From Planctomycetota bacterium (lineage in GTDB: Bacteria > Planctomycetota > JAJSAM01 > JAJVHW01), in NCBI GenBank assembly GCA_965248445.1, contig CBDFJG010000001.1, forward strand, positions 224,001 to 288,000: 64,000 bases of DNA, written 5' to 3'. A model generated the notes under the pieces. The model saw nothing but the letters and a program-made list of their open reading frames with translations, searched no databases and was not told the DNA's origin. Made by a program: the position numbers and the translations under genes. Shown here in pieces: positions 37,667 through 46,530 of this stretch. The number at the start of each line of letters is the position of its first letter. The stretch's first letter is position 1.

Positions 37667-40401
37667 ATCGTCCCCGCGAGGCTTGGGAAGAGATCGTCGA
37701 GGCCGTCGCCAAACCCGCGCGTGACGGCGGGCGCTTCGTCAGTGGGCGCGGACTGCCCGGCATCGTCGGCAACGAGCCGGTACTGTGCCGCCTTGGTGTT
37801 CGAGTTGCGGCCGGCCACGATCCGGTGCTCTCCGAAGTGACGATCGCGCGCGGCTGAGAGCGCGCGGCCCAGCCGGATGAGCTGCGAGCGCTCGGACTTG
37901 TCTCCGATCACCTGGCCGAGGAGATCCTGCTCTGTCGTGATTTGCAGCAGATCGCGCGACGCGACCCACGCGCAGCCGTGCTGCTCCCACCACGCGGTGA
38001 CGAGCTGCCGCCACTCTTGTCCTTTGGTGTCGGCGTGCTCGTAGAGGTCCTCGGCGTCGCCGAGGAACCCCTCGATCCCGGCATGGGCGAGCACACCCCC
38101 GACGACCTCGGCCCAGCTCTCGAAGGAGCCGAGCGTCGCGCCGCACGCCGGACGCTCCGCGGCGATCCACGACTGCACGAGCACGAGGACCGCGTGGACG
38201 AGCGTCGCGCGGTTCTGACGCGCCCAATCCCTGAGGGGCGCGTGCTTGAAGCCCGTGCGCTCCCACGGGCGGTCGCGCTTCGGATCGAGCCGCACGCGCA
38301 CGCAGCGCCGCGCGATCTCCAGGGAGAGCCGCGGGTTGTTCGCGGTGACGAGCCACGTGGCTCGGTTCGGGAGGTCGATCATCTTCGTCTGGCCGAGCAT
38401 CCGGTCGGACCAGGTCTCGGCCGTGAGCGCCGCCGCGAGCTGCGCCGAGTCGAGCCCGTGGCGGATGTTGTCGATGAGGATCAGCGGCTGCGCCCGGGCG
38501 AGGATCGAGGTGATCTTCTTGCGCGCCTCGTCCTCGTCCCGCGTGATCGTCGTCGGGTCGCACGGGCGGCCCAGTGCGACGATCGCGACGATGTCGGCGA
38601 GGAGGCCCTTGCCGCTCCCGGGTGTCGGGGCCTCGACCAGGTGGATGGGCGTGCAGCCGTTCACCATGCGCCGAACGAACGGGAGCACCAGCGCCGCCAC
38701 GGCATGCGCGCGGTCGGAGTCCGCGGCGAATGGGAAATCGACGAGCAACTCGTCGAGCAAGAGCGCCCGCGCCGCGTGAACGTCCGCCTCGGTCGGTCTC
38801 TCGGGGACCGCCCCGACCTCGAAGTTGGGCAACTTGTGGAACCAGAGCCGCGCGGCCCTGTGGTAGCCGGGTGTCGCGACGAGTTGGCCGAGGGCATCGA
38901 ACACGGGTGCGGCAACCACAGCGTCGAGCGGCGGCAGATCGCCCTCGGGGTTGACGAGCATGTCGCGCGCCACGTCCTTGGGCGGCGTCGCGTCGAGCAC
39001 GGCGTCCTGCGTCACGCGCACCCAGTTCGCGACGCGGACCAGGTGCCCGAACATCGCGGTCTCCCCCACGGTCTCGATGCGTGGCCCGACCTCGCCCTTG
39101 GCGATCCGCACGAGGTAGCCCGAGCGGATGAAGAGTGACGGATACGTGTTCGTGGCGTGGACGACGCGCCAGGCGTCGGCGAGCACATCGCGGAGCTGGC
39201 GGGCGTTCACGCGGACACGCGGGCGGCTGGCTCGGCGAGCGGGAGCGGACGGGGTGGGCTGAGGAACTCCTGAGCGTTCGGCGACGAGCGCGGTGGCCGC
39301 GCGGAAATCGGCGCAACCTCCGTGCTCCACCAGGAAGTCGAACACCGAGACCGACTTCCCCGAGATGAAGGAGTGGAATGTGGCGCGCTCAGCATCGCCC
39401 GTTCCGTCCGCGACACCGGCCGAGGGGTTTGCGTCCCCGGACGACGAGGACGGGTCGCGGCACTCGAGCCACCCCGACCCCGACTCCTTCCCGGTCAGCC
39501 ACGCGCCGTAGATCGACTCCAGGGACAGTGCGGCGAGTGCGCGCTCTCGCCACTCCGCCCATGCGGGATCGGAAGCGCCCGCGCCGCGCGAGGGACTGGA
39601 CGGCGCGGATTCCCCCGCTGCGCGCGACGTGGGCACGGCTGTCGCGGCGTGGGCGGCAAGGACACGGTCCACGTCCTCCTCGCTCGCTGCGGCGAACGTG
39701 GGCGCACACGGCGCGAGCTCTCCGTCCTCCTCGAACTCGTAGAACGTGTTCGCGCCGGCTGCGGCGTCACGCCACCACGGCAGCCAGACCAGGTTGCCGT
39801 AGCCCTTCTTCCGCAGCTTCGCCTGCTTGGGGAAGACCTCGATCCCACTGCCGGCCAAGGGGTCGGCCACTCCGCCGTCGGCCAGCGGCGCGTCCTTCGG
39901 AGCGAGCGCCCTGCCGAGTGCCTGCGCCTTGGCCGCCGGGATCGGCGGATCGAAGAACGACCAGATGTGCCACCCGTGACCGCCGCCCGAGCGCTCGAGG
40001 AAGCAGGGGAGCTTGGCCTCATCGAATGCCTCGCACGCGGCGCGCGCGGCTCCGAGCGGATCGGCGAGTGCCTCGGCGTGTCCTGTTCCGTCGAGGTCGA
40101 GGCAGAGCCACTTCGTCGTGTTCTCCGGGCCCGGGCAGTAGCTCCCGACGCGGAAGCGTCCCTTGGTCGCGCCGACGCCGCGGCGATTGCGGTACCGGAT
40201 CACCGCGGCGGGTACGTCGTCCCCGGGTAGATGCGCGCGGAGCAGCGCGTCCAGTTCGTCTCCGCCATCGACCGGGCAGGGCTTTCCCCAAGGGGCGCGG
40301 ACCGCCACGTGGTCGGTTCGGTTCAGGAACCAGCGCCGAAAGACCGCGACCGCCTCCTCGGGCGGCGGGGTCAGGACGGGAGGGCTCGCCATGCGCTCCA
40401 T
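37663..40401 (-). CDS. AEP-type primase fused to a degenerate CHC2-like domain and a P-loop helicase/ATPase
   Basis: WLCLDLDG, ERSGGGHGWHIW, EVFPKQ..GYGNLVWLP; C-terminal APTPGSGKG, LILIDN, VTANN. Confidence 0.8.
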   Translation of the reverse strand: MERMASPPVLTPPPEEAVAVFRRWFLNRTDHVAVRAPWGKPCPVDGGDELDALLRAHLPGDDVPAAVIRYRNRRGVGATKGRFRVGSYCPGPENTTKWLCLDLDGTGHAEALADPLGAARAACEAFDEAKLPCFLERSGGGHGWHIWSFFDPPIPAAKAQALGRALAPKDAPLADGGVADPLAGSGIEVFPKQAKLRKKGYGNLVWLPWWRDAAAGANTFYEFEEDGELAPCAPTFAAASEEDVDRVLAAHAATAVPTSRAAGESAPSSPSRGAGASDPAWAEWRERALAALSLESIYGAWLTGKESGSGWLECRDPSSSSGDANPSAGVADGTGDAERATFHSFISGKSVSVFDFLVEHGGCADFRAATALVAERSGVPQPTPSAPARRASRPRVRVNARQLRDVLADAWRVVHATNTYPSLFIRSGYLVRIAKGEVGPRIETVGETAMFGHLVRVANWVRVTQDAVLDATPPKDVARDMLVNPEGDLPPLDAVVAAPVFDALGQLVATPGYHRAARLWFHKLPNFEVGAVPERPTEADVHAARALLLDELLVDFPFAADSDRAHAVAALVLPFVRRMVNGCTPIHLVEAPTPGSGKGLLADIVAIVALGRPCDPTTITRDEDEARKKITSILARAQPLILIDNIRHGLDSAQLAAALTAETWSDRMLGQTKMIDLPNRATWLVTANNPRLSLEIARRCVRVRLDPKRDRPWERTGFKHAPLRDWARQNRATLVHAVLVLVQSWIAAERPACGATLGSFESWAEVVGGVLAHAGIEGFLGDAEDLYEHADTKGQEWRQLVTAWWEQHGCAWVASRDLLQITTEQDLLGQVIGDKSERSQLIRLGRALSAARDRHFGEHRIVAGRNSNTKAAQYRLVADDAGQSAPTDEAPAVTRGFGDGLDDLFPSLAGTM

Positions 40402-40403
40402 GG

Positions 40404-42632
40404 TCACGCCGCCGGAGTCTCGTTCCCGGGCAGTGGCGCCGGGAGGTCGAGCACCGAGAGGAACGTCTTGCGGCGCTCGACCTGCTCCTTCTCCGCGCAG
40501 TTGCGCTGCCCCCAGCGATCGCCCACGACGATCGCGACCTCCTGGGCGCGCGTGACCGCGGTGTAGAAGAGGTTGCGGTGGTGCATGAACGAGTGCGCCT
40601 TGTGGATCACCACAACGGCGCACGGGAACTCCGACCCCTGCGCCTTGTGGATCGTGAGCGCGTAGGCGAGCTGGAGGTACTTGGCCTCTCCGCCCTCAGC
40701 GGTGAACCGGACCACGCCGCTGTCGAACGTGACGCGCAGATCGCCTCGTTGCGGGCCGACTCTCGTGACGATCCCGATCGCGCCGTTCATGACTCCGCGC
40801 TCGTAGTCGTTGCGCGTCTGGATGACGCGGTCGTTCAGCAGGAAGGCGGGCTTCCCGCCTTCGGGGACCTCCGGCGCCGCGACGTCCCAGAGCTTCTGCT
40901 GGACCAGCCCCTGGAGCAGGACGTTCAGCGCTCGGACACCGAGCGGGCCCTTCTTCTGCGGCGTGAGGAGTTGCACGTCAGCGAGCAGGTCGAAGCCCAG
41001 TCGGTCGACGAGCACGTCTTCGAAGAGCTCCAGGATGAAACGCTGCGCCTTGAGGGCGTCGCTGAACTGGTCCGCCACGTACCAGGGGCGGCGGCCGCAC
41101 GCTGTCTTCCTCGCCGTCTTGCGGACGTCGTCGTCGAGGATGGCCAGCGAGTTCTCCTTGAGCGCGCCGGCCTGGCGGACGACGTCCCGCAGGATGATGG
41201 TCGGGAGTGGGCGGCGATCGATCAGGTCCCGGAGCAGATTCCCGGGCCCCACGGGCGGGAGCTGGTTGTGGTCGCCGACGAGGACGAGCGCGGTCTGCGA
41301 CAACCGCAGGGCGTGGTAGAGGTGCCACGCCAGCGGCACGTCCAGCATGGAGACCTCGTCGACGATGACAGCGGCGGCAGTGAGGGGATTCTCGTCGTTG
41401 CGCTCGAAGTGCCGACCGTTGTACTCCAGCATCCGGTGGATGGTGACCGCAGGGTGGCCGACGACCTCTTCGAGCCGCTTCGCGGCCTTCCCCGTGGGGG
41501 CGGCGAGGAGCACCTTGAGGCCCCGGCGCTCGTACGTCCGGACGAGGGCAGCGAGCGTGTAGGTCTTGCCCGATCCGGCGCCGCCGGAGATGACGCACTG
41601 CCGGTGGGAGGCGGCAGCGATGACGGCTGCGCGCTGGTCGCCATTGAGGTCGGGCTCCAGGTGGGCGAGTTCGGATTCCAGGTCCCCCGGGCCTTCGAAG
41701 TGGGGGTTCGGTGCGCGCCCGTCCGAGAGCGCGCTCGCAAGCTTGCACTCCATCTCGTAGAGGCTGGGCCGGGCGATCAGGAAGCGCTGTCCGAGCGGGA
41801 ACCACGCGAGTTTCTTCTGATCGAGCAACTCGTTCAGCGTGGCCTCGATCCGTTCGCGTGCGTCGAGGGTGTCCAGCACGAGGAGCGCGTTCGCGCGATC
41901 GACGAGGTCCTCGAATTCGATCCAGCAGTCGCCGTCGTCCACGCTGCGGGTGACGCAGTGCAGCACGCCAGCGCGCAGCCGACCCGGGGCGTCCTTGGGC
42001 GTCCCGAGCTTGCGCGCCACGAGATCGATGCGCTTGAAGCCGAAGCCGCTGATGGCGCCGGCGATCAGGTAGGGGTCCTCCTTGAGGATCGCGATGACGT
42101 TGTTGGCGTACTTGTCGACGAGCGTTGTCACCTGGTGGTGCGTGAGCCCGTAGGCCGCGAGCCAGGTCATCGCCGCGTTCACAGCGCGCGTGCGCTCCCA
42201 GACGTCGGCGAGGTTGTCGATCACCTCGAGCGGGATGCGCGCCACTCGGGCGATGCGTTCGGGATCGGAGAGCAGGACCTCCTCGAAGTCCGCGCCGAAC
42301 GCCTGCGCGATGGCCTTTGCGCGAGCAGGTCCGATCCCGGACACGTCCGGGTGGTTCGCGAGGTAGTTGGCAAGCCCCTCCGGATCGAGCGGCAGATCGT
42401 GCAGCAGGCCCGTCACCTTGAACTGCCGCCCGTACTTCTTGTGCCGGCCCCACGCGCCGGTGAACACGACCCGGTCCTGCTCGCGCACCATCACGGGGCC
42501 AGCGAAGGACGCGATCGATCCGTCCGCTGCGCGCAGCCGCCCGGCCGAGAAGTCGGGGCTCTTGAAGAAGATCCTCTCGACGACTCCCCGAAGCGTGGTC
42601 GCCTCGCGCCGTGCGGTGGCCGCGCCCCTCAT
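40404..42632 (-). CDS. RecD2-like SF1B DNA helicase
   Basis: HKKYGRQF, GIGPARA (HhH), GGAGSGKT, APTGKAAKRL, VDEVSM, GDHNQLPPVGPG, AYALTIHKAQGSEF, YTAVTRA; ATGA overlap at the start. Confidence 0.93.
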   Translation of the reverse strand: MRGAATARREATTLRGVVERIFFKSPDFSAGRLRAADGSIASFAGPVMVREQDRVVFTGAWGRHKKYGRQFKVTGLLHDLPLDPEGLANYLANHPDVSGIGPARAKAIAQAFGADFEEVLLSDPERIARVARIPLEVIDNLADVWERTRAVNAAMTWLAAYGLTHHQVTTLVDKYANNVIAILKEDPYLIAGAISGFGFKRIDLVARKLGTPKDAPGRLRAGVLHCVTRSVDDGDCWIEFEDLVDRANALLVLDTLDARERIEATLNELLDQKKLAWFPLGQRFLIARPSLYEMECKLASALSDGRAPNPHFEGPGDLESELAHLEPDLNGDQRAAVIAAASHRQCVISGGAGSGKTYTLAALVRTYERRGLKVLLAAPTGKAAKRLEEVVGHPAVTIHRMLEYNGRHFERNDENPLTAAAVIVDEVSMLDVPLAWHLYHALRLSQTALVLVGDHNQLPPVGPGNLLRDLIDRRPLPTIILRDVVRQAGALKENSLAILDDDVRKTARKTACGRRPWYVADQFSDALKAQRFILELFEDVLVDRLGFDLLADVQLLTPQKKGPLGVRALNVLLQGLVQQKLWDVAAPEVPEGGKPAFLLNDRVIQTRNDYERGVMNGAIGIVTRVGPQRGDLRVTFDSGVVRFTAEGGEAKYLQLAYALTIHKAQGSEFPCAVVVIHKAHSFMHHRNLFYTAVTRAQEVAIVVGDRWGQRNCAEKEQVERRKTFLSVLDLPAPLPGNETPAA

Positions 42633-43063
42633 GACGAGAGCCGCCGGTGGTACAGGCAGAGCATCCCCTGCACGAACTGGCAGGCGATCTGCCGATTGCT
42701 GCAGAAGAACACCGGCACCCGGTGGTCCACGATGATCGAGAGCGTTGCGCCGAAGAGCGCGTGAGGGTGAGCGCCCGACCGGTAGCGGTGCGCGAGCACG
42801 TCCTCCATCGACGCCTCGACGACGACGCACGCCAGGTCGTAGCTGGCGAGGCGGCGGAGCTCCCGCGCGAACCGTTCCCGGGCATGGACGACGGTCGAAA
42901 CGAAGTCCTGGAGCGTCTTTCGCTCGACCGCCACCTGCGTCTCGCGACCCGCAAGCGAGTAGTCGCCGGCAGACAGTGCGCAGCGCACCGTCGTCACCCG
43001 GGAGGCATCGAAGCCATAGGGCTCCTGCTCCCGGGTGTCGATCGCGATGACGACGTCCTGCAC
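42629..43063 (-). CDS. ERCC4-domain nuclease
   Basis: IDTREQ, AGDYSL, VERKTLQDF motifs. Confidence 0.9.
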   Translation of the reverse strand: MQDVVIAIDTREQEPYGFDASRVTTVRCALSAGDYSLAGRETQVAVERKTLQDFVSTVVHARERFARELRRLASYDLACVVVEASMEDVLAHRYRSGAHPHALFGATLSIIVDHRVPVFFCSNRQIACQFVQGMLCLYHRRLSS

Positions 43064-43560
43064 TAGAAGGGGGTCAGCGCGTCGGAGGCCGCGGCGTCGT
43101 AGCCCGAGTCGCCGACCGGTCCGGGGTCGTCCACGGCGATGCGGCGGTTGAGGTAGACGTTGGTGTGCTCGCCGCGCGTGCGCTTGGTGACCTCGAGCTT
43201 GACGTCGAGGAGCTCGCCCAGGCGATCCTGCAGTTCCGAGACCTTCGCGAGGTCGAGGCCGCAGACGTGGAGGTCGTTCTTCAGCCACTTCATGTTCTCG
43301 CGCGTCGCGAGCACGTTGTGGCGGAAGAGCAGGCGGCCCTGGAACCGGGGCGCGATGATTCGCAGCACCCAGCTCAGCATCGGGTTGCCCGAGCTCTTGG
43401 CGCGCACGATCTCGACCTTGTCCACGTTGACCTGGTACTTGCCGTCGGGCACCTCGTCGAAGCTGCGCTCCTCGATGGGTGCCTGCTCGAAGTCGTCGTC
43501 GAACTGGGTCAGGTCGATGCTCGGGTCGCGAGCAGACCGGCCGTTGTTGGGGTTGTGCAT
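43063..43560 (-). CDS. DUF669 family protein (phage-type ssDNA-binding protein)
   Basis: VPDGKYQVNVDKVE..KSSGNPML..GRLLF; acidic tail ending in PF. Confidence 0.8.
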   Translation of the reverse strand: MHNPNNGRSARDPSIDLTQFDDDFEQAPIEERSFDEVPDGKYQVNVDKVEIVRAKSSGNPMLSWVLRIIAPRFQGRLLFRHNVLATRENMKWLKNDLHVCGLDLAKVSELQDRLGELLDVKLEVTKRTRGEHTNVYLNRRIAVDDPGPVGDSGYDAAASDALTPF

Positions 43561-43576
43561 GGGATCTCCTGTGGGG

Positions 43577-44293
43577 TTACTTCTTGGCCTTGCTGGGACG
43601 CCCCGCCGTGAACGCGGCGAGGAACTTGTCGTAGTCGAGGTCGATCACCTCGGGGAGGCGGCCGGTGCGGTCGCCGGCCTCGTACTGCGCGGAGGGCTTC
43701 GTGCGCATGACGCGGCGGACGACGGTCTTGCCGTCCTTGGCGACGCTCGTCTCCAGGTCGCAGAACAGGATCATGTCGACCATGCCGAGCACGATCCGCC
43801 GCGCCTTGTCGGGCAGCGTCGGGACGATGCGCATCACCTTGCCGGTGCGCGTCTCGAACTCGCGCTCGACCAAGTGCGACACGAGGAAGAGCCCGTAGGG
43901 GAGCAGCGCGAGCTTGTTCAGCACGCGGTGGAACTCGTTGTTCACCAGCGCGTAGCCTTTGCCGTAGGCGAGGTCGCTCTGGTGGTCGACCTTGAACTTC
44001 GCGCAGATGTAGTCCGCGCACATGCGGTACGCGTTGTCCACCGTGTCGAGCACGATCGTCTTGAAGGCGTGCTCGCCACGGCCGATCTCCGCACACGCGG
44101 CGAGGAGCTCTTCCCAGGTCCCGACCGGGGACTGGAACACCTCCAGGTTGTTGAGGCCCGCCTCGGTGGCGAGGAACAGCGCGTCGCCGGGCTGGCTGCA
44201 CCAGCTGGACTTCCCGATCTTGGTCGGGCCGTACACCAGCACGGTGAGGTCGGTCAGCGCATCTCGCGGGGGCGTCTTCGTGGTCGGCAGCAT
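43577..44293 (-). CDS. AAA_24 / Sak4-like phage ATPase (recombinase)
   Basis: LVYGPTKIGKS, FKTIVLDTVD, YGKGY, FLVSH; ATG at 44293 preceded by GAAGGAG. Confidence 0.85.
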   Translation of the reverse strand: MLPTTKTPPRDALTDLTVLVYGPTKIGKSSWCSQPGDALFLATEAGLNNLEVFQSPVGTWEELLAACAEIGRGEHAFKTIVLDTVDNAYRMCADYICAKFKVDHQSDLAYGKGYALVNNEFHRVLNKLALLPYGLFLVSHLVEREFETRTGKVMRIVPTLPDKARRIVLGMVDMILFCDLETSVAKDGKTVVRRVMRTKPSAQYEAGDRTGRLPEVIDLDYDKFLAAFTAGRPSKAKK

Positions 44294-44320
44294 GGGTTCT
44301 CCTTCATGGGTCATTTCAAT

Positions 44321-44455
44321 TCAGTTCGTTTCTTGGGATTGGCAGGCGTCGCCCTCGCACCCCGACGGCTCGGGCAGCCGTTCGAGCACGGCGCCGCACT
44401 TCGTGCACAGGCGCACGGCGGGGCCGGCGAGGACAGTGACCGCGTGCTCGCACAT
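44321..44455 (-). CDS. Small Cys/His-rich protein (44 aa)
   Basis: MCEH..CTKCG..C..C; ATG overlaps the upstream TGA (TGATG). Confidence 0.55.
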   Translation of the reverse strand: MCEHAVTVLAGPAVRLCTKCGAVLERLPEPSGCEGDACQSQETN

Positions 44456-45477
44456 CAGAAGGGCGCGGCCTCGGCGGTCTCGGGGGAGTCCGCGTCGCGC
44501 AGTTCCTCGTGCGGAGCCACGCGCTGGTAGAGGTTGTCGATGACGTTGCTGCTCCCGCCCGAGCTGCAGAGCGCGAAGTACGCGCACGGGCGCCCCCAGC
44601 GGAAGCAGTACGAGGTGTTCTCGTAGAAGACGTTGCGCCGCCGCGCGTCGAGGAACGCCTGGGTCAGTTCCCAGAGCTCGGCGCGGAGCGTGTCGAAGCG
44701 GTCGCGCGAGATGTAGATCGGCTCGCGGTGGAACATCCCCGGCTCGTCGTACTTCGCCAGCAGCCGCGCCTGGAAGGCCTCGTCGCTCTCGGGCATGCGG
44801 CGCTTCGCGCTGCTCTTCCCGGTCTTCGACTTGGCGATCAGCGCGGCGCGGCGCTCTTCGTACTCGACCTCGGTCTCCCCGGCACGCTGCTTCAGCCGCG
44901 TCTTGACGAGCACGTTGTAGAGGACCCCGGAGATGCGGATCCCGAGGGCCTGCTCGACGTAGTACGCGTAGATCGTGATCTGGAAGTCGGTCCAGAGGCG
45001 CTCGAGGTAGCTGGCGTCCAGCACGCTCGCCGTCTTGTGCTCGAGCAAGAAGTGCTCGTCGCCGACGCGGACGATCCCGTCGACCTTCCCAGACAGAACG
45101 AAGCTCCGGCTCGCGGCGCCCGTTGCGGGGTTCACGATCCGGCCCGTGAACGTCTTCTCCAGCGCGACGACCTCGAAGTCCTCGGTCGGGTAACGGGCCG
45201 CGTAGCCGCGCATCATGGCAGTCGCGAGGTGCCACGTGCGGTGCTGGTCCTCATCGCGCGCTCGGTCCGCACATGCGCGGTCGACGTAGTCGAGGGCCGC
45301 CGCGAGATCGCGCGTCCCGTGCCAGATCTCCAGGCACTCGTGGATGAGCGAGCCGAACCGGAGGTTGCGGTTGCGCTCGAGCGGGACGAGCTCGAGCAGG
45401 TAGCGCCACTGCGCGGCCTTGCGGCAGTTGCGGAAGAGCGACCACATGGAGTAGGTGGTGACGAGGCGCTCGGTCAT
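44455..45477 (-). CDS. PD-(D/E)XK exonuclease (RecB/Cas4-like, probable Fe-S)
   Basis: FGSLIHECLE, GKVDG..LEHKTAS, Q..Y; one N-terminal Cys plus C-terminal C-x6-C-x5-C. Confidence 0.88.
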   Translation of the reverse strand: MTERLVTTYSMWSLFRNCRKAAQWRYLLELVPLERNRNLRFGSLIHECLEIWHGTRDLAAALDYVDRACADRARDEDQHRTWHLATAMMRGYAARYPTEDFEVVALEKTFTGRIVNPATGAASRSFVLSGKVDGIVRVGDEHFLLEHKTASVLDASYLERLWTDFQITIYAYYVEQALGIRISGVLYNVLVKTRLKQRAGETEVEYEERRAALIAKSKTGKSSAKRRMPESDEAFQARLLAKYDEPGMFHREPIYISRDRFDTLRAELWELTQAFLDARRRNVFYENTSYCFRWGRPCAYFALCSSGGSSNVIDNLYQRVAPHEELRDADSPETAEAAPF

Positions 45478-45821
45478 CGGCCGTTCCTCGCGTGCACGGG
45501 CATCTCGGGCTGGCCGACACGCTCGTCCGAGGCGACTCGCTCGACGGTGAATGCGTCCTCGCCGAACTCGCGCGCCAAGAACCGCGTGAAGACGCGGGCG
45601 ATCGTCTCCCCGACCGGAGTGGTGGCGTCGACTACGCAGGCGCGCTGCCGTTCCTCCAAGAGGAAGGCGCCGTCCATGCGGACCTGCGCCTGGCCGTGGA
45701 CACCTTCGGCCGCGTAGACGGCGAGGAGCAGCGAGTCTTCGACCTCGGCGAGATCGACCGTCGGCCGGAATGAGTAGCGGTAGAGCGTGCGGGACATGCG
45801 TTTCTCCGAGGGCGCGTTCAC
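45474..45821 (-). CDS. Hypothetical protein of the mobile module
   Basis: Stop overlaps the nuclease start (ATGA); coding-like composition. Confidence 0.7.
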   Translation of the reverse strand: MNAPSEKRMSRTLYRYSFRPTVDLAEVEDSLLLAVYAAEGVHGQAQVRMDGAFLLEERQRACVVDATTPVGETIARVFTRFLAREFGEDAFTVERVASDERVGQPEMPVHARNGR

Positions 45822-45829
45822 GTGGGCCC

Positions 45830-46459
45830 CTACTGGTGTCCTACCGAGTTCGTGGGCGAAGTGGCGGTGGGCGGGACGTAGATCCGCAGACCCAGGCGCT
45901 CGAAGCGTGCGCGAATGCGCGTCATCCGATCTCTCACCGTCCGGCGGGGAACGCCGCTCTCGCGGGCGGCCTCGCTGGGTGTGCGCAGGCAGAGGGACTC
46001 AGCCAACTCCCGCAGGTCGTCGGGGAGTTCCCGGATCGCGGCGGCCGTGTCGATCTGCAGGTCGCGCCGGGAGTCTGCCTCCGTGACGCTGGGGGCGTCG
46101 CGGCGGGAGAGCCGCTGGTCGATCGTGGCCCAGCGTGGCTCGGGCTGCCCGGCGTCGTCGTTGGCCTCGTCTCCGAGGGAGGCGAACGTGAGACTGGCGC
46201 CTCGCTTCTTCGCGGCGCGCGTCTCCACCATCCGCGCGACCCGGTTGTTGACGACCCGGTGGACGAAGGTGCTGCGCTGGCACCGAGCTGCGTCGAAGCG
46301 AGGGAGGCGAGTGAGCAGATCGAGGAGGAGGTCCTGCTCGATGTCCTCGCGGTCAGCGACGGAGAATTCCCGTCGCCGGCTGAGCTGGCGCGCCTTCGTG
46401 CGGACGAGTCGGAAGGTGCGCGGGTCGATGCCCTGCTGGGCGGTAGTCGTGTGTGCCAT
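45830..46459 (-). CDS. Sigma-70 (ECF-like) sigma factor / HTH regulator
   Basis: Region 2-like EDIEQDLLL..RFD..STFVHRVVNN; region 4 HTH TPSEAARESGVPRRTVRDR. Confidence 0.8.
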   Translation of the reverse strand: MAHTTTAQQGIDPRTFRLVRTKARQLSRRREFSVADREDIEQDLLLDLLTRLPRFDAARCQRSTFVHRVVNNRVARMVETRAAKKRGASLTFASLGDEANDDAGQPEPRWATIDQRLSRRDAPSVTEADSRRDLQIDTAAAIRELPDDLRELAESLCLRTPSEAARESGVPRRTVRDRMTRIRARFERLGLRIYVPPTATSPTNSVGHQ

Positions 46460-46530
46460 CGCCAGTCCCTGGCGACATGTCGCTGGGAACGGCGGATTCG
46501 GGGCTTGTCGAGGTCAGACGTTTGGCCTAA

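Larger units (their letters stand above)
36550..46530 (-). mobile_element. Phage/ICE-like integrative element remnant (recombination-replication module)
   Basis: Eleven co-oriented, mostly overlap-coupled genes from sigma factor to integrase, bounded by IS66 and IS1380. Confidence 0.75.

Noticed and set aside
37663..40401. Complete TOTE conflict system
   Set aside because: Only an AEP domain of similar type is present; no TPR/OB partner genes, and the context is replicative
44455..45477. Cas4-like nuclease as evidence of CRISPR-Cas
   Set aside because: No repeat-spacer array or other cas genes; the context is a phage-type recombination operon
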